The notes under the pieces: model-generated | What the model was told of the DNA's origin: nothing | What the model saw: the letters and a program-made list of their open reading frames with translations, nothing else | Database searches by the model: none | Assembly: GCA_000320545.1 (NCBI GenBank) | Contig: ADNK01001910.1 | Location: 1-39,434 of the forward strand | DNA: 39,434 nt | Direction of reading: 5' to 3' | From: Bigelowiella natans CCMP2755 | Lineage: Eukaryota > Protista > Cercozoa | Program-made: the position numbers and the translations under genes | In this document: positions 1-11,594 of the stretch, one piece after another | Position numbering within the stretch: the first letter of the stretch is position 1 | Layout of the letters: each line of letters opens with the position of its first letter

Positions 1-199
1 CGGGCCTCAGAGGCTCAGAGACACGACGCTTGCGCGGACGCGTCGCAGGATCGGTGGACCGCTCAATCCCAAAAGTCAAGGCTGTGTGTTGCACGGATGG
101 ATTCCATTGCAGGGAGGACGATTGAAAGAAATGGCTAAACCATGACGTGTGATGTTTGATTGAAAATTTTGTGGCGATCGAGGGCTGAGGGTCAAAACG

Positions 200-1020
200 G
201 TGGTGCGCTGGCTAGCTAGCTGGCTGGTCCGCCGATGCGATGATTTGGCATTGCGCCCAATTTTCAGGTTTCAGAAGTGGTGGTGGGCATGCCTGTGCGC
301 GATGAGGGCAAATTTGCGCTGCCATGCAACTGTTGTGGCGATCGACATTGGCCGCTCTCGCATGGCTAGATGGTCTGTCTCTGCCTGCGATTTCATGATG
401 ACACAATCTAGGTGATTACGCAGAACCAACCGCCAAACGCACTGACATCAAAGCTTGACGGACGCCAGCTAGCTAGGACGCCCAGTGCGTCGTGCGCATG
501 ACGTTGAAATGCACGGTGCACATGGCAAAGTCTAGAGAGTGCTGTTGCCATGCTAGCATGCATGCATCTCTGCATGATGGGCCATGCCTAGCTACATGTA
601 GGTGTGCACTAACTAACTGTAGCTAGCGCATGCTCAATGGCGCCACACCACAAGCATGCTTCCTCGATATATGTGCCCATTCGAGCTGGCGCAGCCTCCT
701 GAATCTAATATCTGTCACCTACTTGCTGTCTGTGGCAACTACACGTTTCACTCACAATGTGTGGCAGCTCGAAAGGAAAATTAGTACATGCATATGGCTT
801 ACTAGCTTGGCTCACCCGCAGCCTCAGAATAGGCAGTAATTGAAGACATAACGTTGCTACTTACTACCAACATGTACATGTGTGCACATAGCATGCACGG
901 TGTCTCCATTGCAGAGAGCCTGCTCTATCCAATATCTCTACAAGTAAACATCTATCCCATAGCATTGTCCAAGAAACCAACACAGGAGAAAAGGTGAAGA
1001 TACAATAAACGACGGCTAGG
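200..1020. other. CTAG/CATG-palindrome-rich spacer downstream of the sterol reductase 3' end
   Basis: About a dozen CTAG by eye, GCTAGCTAGC at 211, CATGGCTAGATGG at 361-373. Confidence 0.6.
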
Positions 1021-1101
1021 TCAGTACGCTAAGTGGCGGCGGCGCTTGCATTTACGACATCCGAATCAAAATCGAGGATGCGAATGCGCCACGCCTTCTC
1101 C

Positions 1102-3380
1102 TCACCACACAAAAGGAATGAACAAGTAGGGGACCAGGTGGCAATACCTCTCCCAATCTCTCCCGTACTTCTTCGCGCAACGTTCGTCGTCACGAAAGCC
1201 GCGACGGAGAATCAACGACGCGAAGAAGATCACATGTAAGTACGGAAGAAAATTCTGCGCCCCCGCCGCTATACCCCATTCCAAGGCGAATAGGATGTCC
1301 ATCAAATTGTGAATTTTGCGCGTCTTGAAGATCCCATACGCACCGCTCACCAGCAAGCGGTTTCCATTCGACGTGCGGATGGATATCGGTTTCTTCAATG
1401 TACCCCATGGCAGTTGTGGGAAAACATACCTATAAGGGACATCGGAAGCAATCAATTGGTGGGCGAAGGCGGGGGATGTGAGGGAGGGTTTGGGGGGAGA
1501 CCGAGACGCGATGATTGGAAAAATATATTAGAAGCAAAAAAGCGCACGTGACCATGGCCTCGGCTGAAAGCTGCCACGAAGCTGCATTTGAAATCGGTTC
1601 TTCTGGCTGTTGGCTACATCCCACAGGTAGTAGGTGATGAGGACTAGGATGCAGAGGTAAACGCCGCATCGAGGGGGAAGGCATGGATTGATCTGAAAAC
1701 GGGTATGCACATTCAAAGATCCGAAAACTAACACATAAACACCCGCGACATTTAAAGAAAGTGCCATATATGCTTACGATATACAAGCTGTCGATGAAAG
1801 AGATACATTACTACACAACGCCGACCCTCCCTGTCCCCTCCCGCCTCCTCCTCGTCCGCGGTAGCATAACCCATCTCAAAACAATAATGAATACAAATGC
1901 TCCTCCTCCTCCTCCTCCTCCTCCTCCTCCTCCTCCCAACAGCACCTTAAGGACGTAGAAGGAGTTCCAAGTGTAGATGATTGGCAAGCCGGCGAAGTTC
2001 CAGAATATCGACATCCAACTCCATTTCTCGTAGGATGTTTCCCACGTGGCCACAACACTTTCCTCCCCTTTGGCACACGCGTTTGCATATCTGTGGGGAT
2101 AGTTAGTTTGTTTTTGCGGGTGGGGGCGGGGGGCGGGGGAGACAAAGTTTTCTTGCTAAGCACCCTCCATAACAGCTGATTGTTCTGCAAAAATTGGCTA
2201 TCCGTATATTGGATTGCTGGCAACGGAGTCGACGATGATTCGAGTCCATCTACGCACGCTAGAAAGGACCCAAACCAACACGCTATTCCCAGTACGATGA
2301 CAGAAAAGATGATTAGAGCATCAATCAATTAGTTTGTAAACTAACGTACAGCCAATGAGCGAGGAGGAGGACATAGAGGCTGGGATGCACGCTTGTAAAG
2401 TCGCCTTCTTTGAGCTCGAAATCCTTCAAGCAGCAAGAGAGTGTGAGCAGAAACACCGTAGTCCACGACAGTCGCCATTCAGCCCATAGCTTCACGTGAA
2501 AGGACCCAAGGCGCTGGCTCGGCCACGACCCCATGAGAAAGTCGCACACGTGATTTCCAGGCGCCTGTCGAGGGAGCGTGAGGAGAAAGAAGAGGGAGGA
2601 TAAGAGAAAGAGGCAGGAGGATTCGGTTGAAAGAGCAAGCAAGATGAACTGGATTTCACCGCTGATTTGTTTGGTGAGGGCTAATTACAATCTTCGGAAG
2701 AGAATGTGAGAGGATGCGATGAAGGCACAAAAGAACACGCACACACACACACACGCCAACCGCTCACCCACCCAATGCGTCTTGCCGGCAAGGGTACCGC
2801 TGGTATAAACAGCGAGCGACATGGCGTCCCCAAAGATAATCAATACTGTGATGATTTCCCCGTAGTTGTCCGCGAGTTTGGACAGCTTGTAGATGCCGAA
2901 ATACTGCAGCGCAAACACGACGACGAGCGTCACCCACCACGCGCCAATACCGTTGCACTTATACCTCCGTGTGTTATGGCCCTCCGCAGAGATGCGAAGG
3001 CCTTTCGTGTGAATTCCGGGGAGGTACCTAAGGCCGAGAAGGAAGCATGCTTGGTAAAAGGGGGGAGAGGGGGGGGGGGAAGGGCTAGTTCTTACAACTG
3101 GTATTGTTTTAGTTTGGTACCATCCAAGAAGCACTTGCATGGCAATGAAGGCGGCGTACACCGCTGTGATTTTGAAGGTTGGAATGCAGCCCTCGTATAG
3201 CAGAGAGATGTCTGAGGCCGAGGGGATGAACAGTGCCCCCTCCTTGTGCTCAACCGACAGCCACAAGTAATACCTGCGCGAGCGTTGAGTTCAAGCCTTG
3301 ATTCGTGGCAAGAAGTTCTTGCAGAGTATCTTACAAACACACGCACGCGCGCACACACATGCACATTGAAGGGGGGGGGG

Positions 3381-3430
<50 letters not shown>

Positions 3431-4345
3431 AAGCAGGTAGAAGGGGGGGGGGGGGATAGATAGACATATATGTTCACAGCTTGACACGTAAACACGTACA
3501 TGATGAGGTGTGAGAAAGTCATGGTAAAGAAAGTGCCAAGAGAGCTGCTGAATTTGTATACAGTCTGTCGGTCTAAGCCAGTATCCAGGCCATTGCCTCT
3601 GCCTTTGGCGCTTGCTCCCCTACCACCACCTCTTGATTTGTTCAATCCATGAGAAACGTGTGAGCGGTTTTCCTTCTCCCTCTCCTCATGTGTGTAGCGC
3701 TGTCGGAGCCGTAGACCATCGCTATACTTGTATTCTAATTCTTCCTCCTCTTCATCTTCACCCTTCCGCTCTACAACACGCGAAGCTTCATGAGAGCCAT
3801 CAGTAGCGTCCCGCTCGCCGATATCCCTGTGCAATACAGTGTGGTGGAAGGAGTACAAATCGGCTTGGAAACGGTCGCGCTCCGCCTGCTCAAGATACGC
3901 AAACGCCTCTGTCGTCTTCACCATTCTGTCCAATTTAGTGCAGAACTCGTCGGGGCTTAAGTGGTGGTACGCGAGGAGGAAGTCCCACCTGAGAGCAAAC
4001 ATAGCATAGGGGGGGGAGACATAGAGGTTCAGTGAATGGGGCAAGCTTTCAAGGACCCCAGCGCAGTCAATCAAGCAAGTATTTTCCATTATAATACCCT
4101 ATCGTCTCGATAATCTTTGGGTACGCTGTTGGCCGTGTTGGGTCGTATTTCTCCCCAGACACATAAGGAGCCTCAAACCCAAGAACATCCATGAGTTGCG
4201 AGGAATAGGCAATCCGCGATCGCTTCGGGCCCCCATACCTGTTGATCAAACCCAGGCTTTTCCTCTTCGTTCCCTATAATATGCATACACGACTGTTAAA
4301 GTGTACAGGGAGCGCTCTTATGGGGCATGGCTCTCCGGTCGACAT
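1102..4345 (-). CDS. ERG4: ERG4/ERG24-family sterol reductase (delta24(24(1))-sterol reductase-like), multi-exon, with an N-terminal extension; start codon uncertain
   Basis: Spliced exons give YKFSSSLGTFFTMTFSHLIMY, YKCNGIGAWWVT, DFLMGSWPSQRLGSFHVKLWAEWRLSW, ATWETSYEKWSWMSIFWNFAGLP, YYLWDVANSQKNRF and the C-terminus FPQLPWGTL...RKIH...RDDERCAKKYGRDWERYCHLVPYLFIPFVW* (stop 1102-1104). These are characteristic ERG4-type motifs. The 5' end (ATG 4345 or nearby) is tentative. Confidence 0.88.
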
Positions 4346-4972
4346 TAAGACGACGCTCGCCACAAATCCGCGTGTTGTTTATCGCACGTTCTCGCATTTG
4401 AAATACAAGTTTCAATTAGGAAAATCTGAATGAGTTCTCAACGCTGGGCGTGGCCTTTGGCTCAAGCGCACCAGCTACTTTGTGGCTAAGGAGGGGGGAA
4501 TGGTTCGACCTTGCTCGGCATTCTCCCGCGATGTAAGATCGAAATTGATTTCTTTTGTCGTCGATTCGTAGCCAAAGAAGCCCGGAAAAGTTCATAGTTC
4601 AGTAGTTTCCCCATCGTCGTTACGACAAAATGGAGTGGCTGAATGCGCAGATTCGTGTGACTTCACCGATTTTCGCTCTTGTTTTCGGAAAATACTCCCA
4701 CACATTTCTCTTGCTTGACCCGATATTTCGCAGAGCCGATCCATTTTTGAGCGAGAGGCATGCTATTTTACTGGTCGCAGTGGTTGAATGGACAGTATCT
4801 GAACTGGCCGCGTTGGGATGCATCTCTGAGGGAAGACAAGAATCAGAGATTGACTCATCTGAAAAAGGGCATCTATTTTATTATCTTCCTAAAGTTCTTG
4901 AAGAAGCATTGGGAAGGCCTTCCACTACGTCTCATCTTCACCGTCCCGCCCCCCCAAGGGCAGGACAGCACC

Positions 4973-7900
4973 ATGTGCGAGCGAGTCATCGCTCATCTTG
5001 ATATGGACTGTTTCTACTGCCAAGTGGAGCATCGGTATTGCTTCAGACAATCAAAAGTCGTGATGATTCACTCCGTTGAGCAACATGATTCACAGGAGAT
5101 TGGGAATTCCGACCGAAGTACCGTTGGGAGTCCAGCAGGCAAGCCCTTCTCGCGCACTGGCGGCAAACAGCCCTGATTTTGATTTTTTTAATGGTAGTGG
5201 TCTGGACTGATCGCTACGAATTATGCTGCCAGAGCAAAAGGGGTCGAAGCTCTATGTGCTATTCATCAGAATCAAGTTCCAACCCTAAAGTGTCCTTGTG
5301 GTATATTCAGATTAAACGGGGAATGACTTCTACTGAAGCCAAAGTACTTGATTTCTAACAGACACATGTGTCATGTATAGTACCTACTCTAAATTAGACC
5401 ACAAAGAAACATGCGTATATTGGTCAAAACGGAAATATTACAATAATCAGAAAATATGTCCCGAGATTCGATGCATCCACGTTGAGTTGATAGGCGACGG
5501 AGGTTATATACATATTTCTCAACAATAACATTGAAAGTGAAAGATGATACATTCTCATGGTAGGCGAGACTGTCTCAGAAGGTGCTCCCAGATCGAAAGC
5601 AAAGGTGAACTACTTGCCATCTCACGAACTCATAAAATCGGCTTTAGAACTTTAAATTTACCGAATAAGAGGTATCATAACATGAATCAATTTGAAGTCT
5701 CTTCTCATATTTCTTTCCAGGTTACGCTGCGAAGATATAGACGAGCAAGTGCCGAAGTTATGGAAATATTTGAAAGGATTATTGGTATCCAAGCTTACTA
5801 CTAATGCCTCAATAGATTGATGTTGACTTTGCATAAATTCACGTGATACAAAAGGTCCGACATATATGCAGAGAACGTCCATTGATGAGGTAAAACATAA
5901 GGATTTTTTGAATAATAATTGCGTCGCAGGGAAAGAACCAAAAGGCCACAGAAGTGGTAGTTTGCTACCATAGAGCGAAGTTACCGTAGATTCATGTGTT
6001 TGTTTGCTTCTTATCAAACTGCAGTTTGAAGCACAAATTATATTCGATTCTTTGCCCCTGATGGGTATCGAGACAGTGTCTATTCATTGCGTACTCATGC
6101 AACTTAAACTGTCATTCTGAAGGCATACCTGGATCTAACCAGCAAGATAAAGACTAAATTATCCACGATAGATTATCAGCCACCCTCCCTAACTAAGGTT
6201 GATTGCGCTCTTGTTGTTAGTTCGGAGGATTCTCCCAGTTGTTTCTTTGTCCTGATAACTTTGCATTGATCTGGAAAATAGATGCTGGAATATACGCATG
6301 TGTACGGAGCTCTTCCCGAAGAGGTGCACGGGAAATAGGAGATTGCAGATGATTTATTGAATTCTGCCAGAGACGTATAGAGATAGATAGGCCGAAGGGA
6401 ATGAAAGGGCAATAGCGAAAGGAGGATATGAGGCAGAGACCAGAACTGATTTGGTTTATTAGGCAAATATTCCATCGAGTATGAGGGTTGGAGCACAAAT
6501 TTGCGACACAATTCGAAAAGCTGTCCGGAAGGAATTGGGGTTGTATTCACTGATTCCAAAGCTGCTGGGAACATTCTCCATCGTCTTCACGGTTTTATAT
6601 TTATCGATCTCAGGTTTACCGTTTCTGCTGGTATTGCTGTCAATAAGGTAGATTTACTCCAGGTTGGAATAGAAACATAGAGAAATTCTGATTCGCTGAT
6701 GATTCACCAGATCGTTGCGAAAATGGCGTCCTCAAAGAATAAACCTGATAAGCAAGTACCGCTCTGTTTGCTATAGACTTGTATGCATAGAAGATTTTTA
6801 TCGCAGTGAAAGTGGGCGAGGAAAATGAACAAAATATAACCAAAGCTTTCGTTGAAAAAAGTCAAGAGATGGCTAATCTGAAAACCGAACCTTTGCAGAC
6901 CGTAATCCCTCCGGATCGCACGAAGACCATGATTCACAGCTTGCCGCTTAGAGATATTCCAGGACTTGGAGGAAAGGTGCATTAGAGGGGGGAAGACTGT
7001 GGGTGGTGGCTATGTCTAGAAAAATGTCACATTTTGTCAGACTGAGAAAATGTGTACAAATAGTCCAACATATTTGAAAGAATGCGATTATTTTCCCAAA
7101 TGTTCAACATTCGTTACAGTAAACAAAGCTCCGAGAAATAAGTAATTATATGCTAAAATGACGGAATGAAAAAATGAGATGCAACGTCATTGCAACAGCT
7201 CGGCCGACAAGTTGAAGAGTGGTTACGAGGTCGCGCGGAAATCGCATCTTCCTCGGGCTCACCGTCGAATTCCGAGCAAAAAGGACTCGGAGATCCGCGA
7301 TTCGAAGCCAATGTCCCGGTTTCTTCGCGCTGGCATAGGCCTCAAAAAAGAGCGAAGACTGCTGCGCAAGTAATCGAAACACCAAAAAATTCTCGCTACG
7401 AATGTAATAAAACGTTCCATTCCCCGTCTTTCTTTTGGAACCTTCCATCCACGTCAATTATTTGCACTAAAACGTCAAACCACACAGCAGCACTTGTCCA
7501 CTGCCTCCGAACCGCCGCCCGCCCTCCTAGCTTCTGCACTCTCCGAGGTCTCAATGCAGACGTTAAGAGACGAGTTTGGGCCCAAAACCGCTGCGTTTCT
7601 CTCGGACATTGCCGCTGGCGTGAACCTCGACCCAGTGGTGCAACGGAACAAGGCCAACTCCCTTCTTGCCTTCAAAAGCTTCGAGCCCATCTACGACATG
7701 GCGGGGCTGCAGCGCTGGCTCCGCGTCCTTTCCTCGGAGCTGAAGGAGCGCCGGGAGACAGACACGGCGACGAATCATAGAGTGCCTACGCGAATTACGC
7801 TCTATCATCGCGGCGCCCGGCCCCCGAATTCCCGGCCATGGGACATGGCTGCAAAGACCATTTCGCGCTCCGGAAGCTTCGCTGTTGAGAAACAGCCGAT

Positions 7901-7983
7901 CTACGATGCGGCGTGTGCCTTGCTGGCGCGAGTAGAGCGCCCACTGCCGTGCACGCGCATTGCGGTTGGGCTGGAGCAGATGG
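4973..7983 (+). other. POLH: DNA polymerase eta catalytic core (palm/finger/thumb/little finger) portion of the fusion gene
   Basis: Catalytic DMDCFY and SIDE motifs are intact. Eta-type signatures VQQW.GLIA.NY.AR and KVTLRRYRRAS are present. About 16 phase-compatible exons. Confidence 0.9.
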
Positions 7984-10538
7984 GTGAGCAAACCGAAAGG
8001 AAAAGCAATCTGCATCCGTATTTGTATAATATAAAGGCATTGTTAATTGTTCCTTTGGTTCTTGCTCCCATCTATTTTCTCTTTCTCTCTTTCGATCAGT
8101 CGAAGCTCCAAAGAAAGGGCAGGCCTCGATCGCATTCTTTATGAACAAGCAGCAGGTGCCTCAACAGAAGCGGGATCCTCAGGAAACCGGGGGAGCAGGT
8201 GGAAAGAAGAAGGGCAACGAAATTGAGAAGGCCGGGAGAACCAACGATGCGAATCCAGCTGCGGTTGCATCTTGGGGGTCGGAAACAACGATGGGCCCAG
8301 GTTCATGGGGGAAACGGCCTCGAACGTCGCACGAAGATCCCAATTTCATGGAAGGCTTTTTCCAGGCATCAAGGCTGCATTTTATTGGCTCTTGGAAGGA
8401 GAGGTGTCGCCCGGATTCGCAACTACGGAACAATGAAAACATGTCTATGCTCTGCTTGCAGCAGGCAGAGTTTCGTCAGAATTTTTTGTTGCGCGTATAT
8501 GCAAGTCACATTCATCTTCATATGATTAACCAACAGAATGTAATAATAAGTACATTTTCCAAGGTTTGAGGAAATTCTGGCGTCAATGCCGCCACCGCCT
8601 CCCCTCCCAAATCCCCCGGTGCATAAGCGTAGAATTCTCCACGTGGATATGGACTGTTTCTTCGCAGCAATTGCGATGCGGTAACAAGGACTAACGAAGC
8701 TGTTTCTAGATCTCGCAACGAAATGTCTAATTTCGATGTTCATTTTCGCCATATGGTAGGGATAATCCGACACTGCGGGAGAAAGCTGTTGTCGTATGCT
8801 GGAGCCGGTAGACCGACCCTATACATCCCAAAATAACAAAACTCTTTGAAAAAAGAATGAAAAACACAAGGGCTGATGGACGTGGCCCTCTGCCCGATGA
8901 TGCCTTCTAGATTGCGCACAATACAATGAATCGCTCGCATTCGTTTTTCTCAAAGCATTGATGCTATTTTCGACTTTTGCGATCAGTGGCGAGAAAGGTA
9001 GCAATGCTTCTTCCAGTGAGATCAGTAGTGCCAACTATAAAGCTCGTGGATTTGGAATCAAGGCGGGAATGAGGCTTGGAAAGGCGAGGCAGCTGTAAGG
9101 AACAAAATCATTATTCAGAGATCCTTTATCATTATCCTCTTGTCTCTCAGTTGCCTAAATGTAATGCTGGTCCCTTTTTATTGGTGAAGGGCTTTTAATT
9201 TTTGTGCCTGTGTGCGCGTGTGTGTTGCGTGTCCAATGCCCTCACTGTACTCTCCATAGAATCAAAATGGGGAAATCTACCTAAACATGTTCTTTATTTC
9301 TTGCTCGAAGGTGCCCAGACGTGGTTACAGCGCCATATGAATTCAGGAAGTATACCGACGCTGCATTGAAGCTCTACAAATGCGTGTTTGCCATCACGCC
9401 GCACGTGCAAGGGGTATCGTGTGACGAGTGTTTCCTTGACATCTCGGCGTGCATCATCGATGCTGGGCGGAGGTTGAGCACAATTTCACATCTTTGTTAG
9501 AAATAGAATTCAGAGATGCCGTTTTTCCGTGCTGTAAATGAACCGCACACGCACGCGTGCGTGCACCCACATGTGGGTCATAAACGGTGGGGTTTTATAA
9601 TCTCGTCCTTGGATTCTGTGTTACGTGTTTCTGCATATTTTACATAGCCTGGATGCAAAGGGCGACGACGACGCCCACGTCGACGCGCTCGCAGAGACTT
9701 TGAGGGAAAATATCAGAAAGGAAACCGGCTGTGTTGCAAGCATTGGATGTGGACACAATCGTCTCATGGCAAGACTCGCAACTAAAAAGGTATCTGAGAT
9801 AGAAGGGGGGGGGGGGGGGGGATAAAGCTGAGAGAGTGAAAGAGAAGAGGGAGAGCGAGAGAAAGGCATCGACATTCGGCGTTAACATGCTACCATTCAA
9901 AGGTCGTATGTTTTCCTTAGAGAATCAAAAGTGTCAATCAAAAAACACAACTCATAGGCGAAACCGAACGGGTATTATCGAGTCCACCCCAAGGACGCAC
10001 AAGGCTACCTCTCCTCGCTCCCCGTGGCTGAGCTGCCGGGGGTCGGCTATCGCACACGCACGAAACTCGAGAAACTGGGCGTCACAGAAATAGCGCAAAT
10101 TCTCCAAAAACGGCCGTCTCATTGGCAAGATATTCTCGGGAGAAAACTTGGCCAGGTTTGCCTCCCTTGCTACTCTTTTTTAAAAAATTGCAATGCGACA
10201 GATGCTTGTGTGCTGCTCATGAAAACCGCGTGTATATGTCGATATTTACGATGCATCCTTCACTCTTCTCTAAATGGGACAACCTCTCCTAATCTCAGAC
10301 ACTGTACGACTACGCACGCGGGATTGATAAGCGCAAATGGGAGCGACGCCCCACCCGTAAATCGGTTGGGGCGCAGTTGTCGTGGGGAGTGCGGTTTCAG
10401 ACGCATGAAGAGGTTCTCATGTTACGTTTCGAAAGCTCGATGATCTCTTCTGTTTTCCATAATCTCGGTGTCAAAATAAAGCCATCTGTTTTCCTTTGGC
10501 GACCTTGAAAAGCCGATAAAAAACCTATTTCCGCACAC

Positions 10539-10569
<31 letters not shown>

Positions 10570-10846
10570 TGTGTGTTTTGGTTAACGGACAACCTGACTT
10601 CAAGATCTCAATCTCAGGTTGCAGTGTTTCTGAGGAAGTTAAGCAGCGAAGTTGCCAATCGAATGCAAAGGTTCGGCATGTGCGAAATAGTGAACCGCTC
10701 AATAAAAAAACTGTCAAATGCCGATTCTCAAGCCAGAATAAGGATGAAATACGTTTTCGATGGTATTAGTTCTCGTAGAGAGGCATGGACTCTAATTTCC
10801 CTCCACATTTCTTCTTTGATCTTCTCTTCCTCCTTCTCATTCTCTC

Positions 10847-10888
<42 letters not shown>

Positions 10889-11534
10889 CCCTCCCCCCCC
10901 CACCCCTCAACCCCCCTTCCCGGGGGTCTGCCTGTGTCCAACAGATACGGTGTGAAAGGAAGAAGCATCAGCTTCAAGCTGTGGAGGGCAGTCAAGAACG
11001 CGCCAGATAGCTGGCGCAAAGGCCATGTTGGACACGGCGTATGCGACATCATCAACCGCACTGCAACCACAAAGCAGCCTACTCGGGAGGCGGCCACTAT
11101 TGCGGAGACTGTGCTTCAAGTCCGATGGAGAAAAATACAGAGAAAAAAGGGGGGGAAGGGGGGATGGTGAGGGAGCGAGAGAAAAAAATATCGGAGAAAA
11201 CCAGACTCCACAAAACAGAGATGGACGCTAGTAGCTTCTGCGGTTGAGTTCTTTTCGACAAGAAAACAAAGAATATAAGTCTTTTCTTATCCGTTTGCGG
11301 TTTGTAAACGACCGAGTATGTTTAGCCTCTTACCGGTGATAGAAATAACGCACGCCCCGCGCCTTACTTAATTGTTTTTTTGTTAATAGGTTTGGCAAGG
11401 CCTGAAGGTTGATGCCACGGAAGTCCGAGGAGTCGGAATATCAATGTCGGGACTTACTCCTCTCGACGGAAAGCAATTATCCGCAACAAAGCTTTCTCGT
11501 ATACACCGACCTATCGCTCCGGCTGGTATTTCTA

Positions 11535-11594
<60 letters not shown>

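Noticed and set aside
1898-1936. (GGA)n read as poly-Gly/Glu/Pro in the ORF track
   Set aside because: It lies just after the donor of the WNSFYVLK exon of the sterol reductase and is therefore intronic.
4067-4069. In-frame TGA codons here and at ~27863 and ~32714, considered as possible selenocysteine or readthrough
   Set aside because: Each can be placed inside a plausible GT-AG intron, so there is no need to invoke recoding.
4760-4972. In-frame upstream extension of the Pol eta ORF (MLFYWSQW...)
   Set aside because: It has no similarity to Y-family N-termini. Eta normally begins a few residues before the HxDMD motif, matching ATG 4973. It cannot be fully excluded as a targeting leader.
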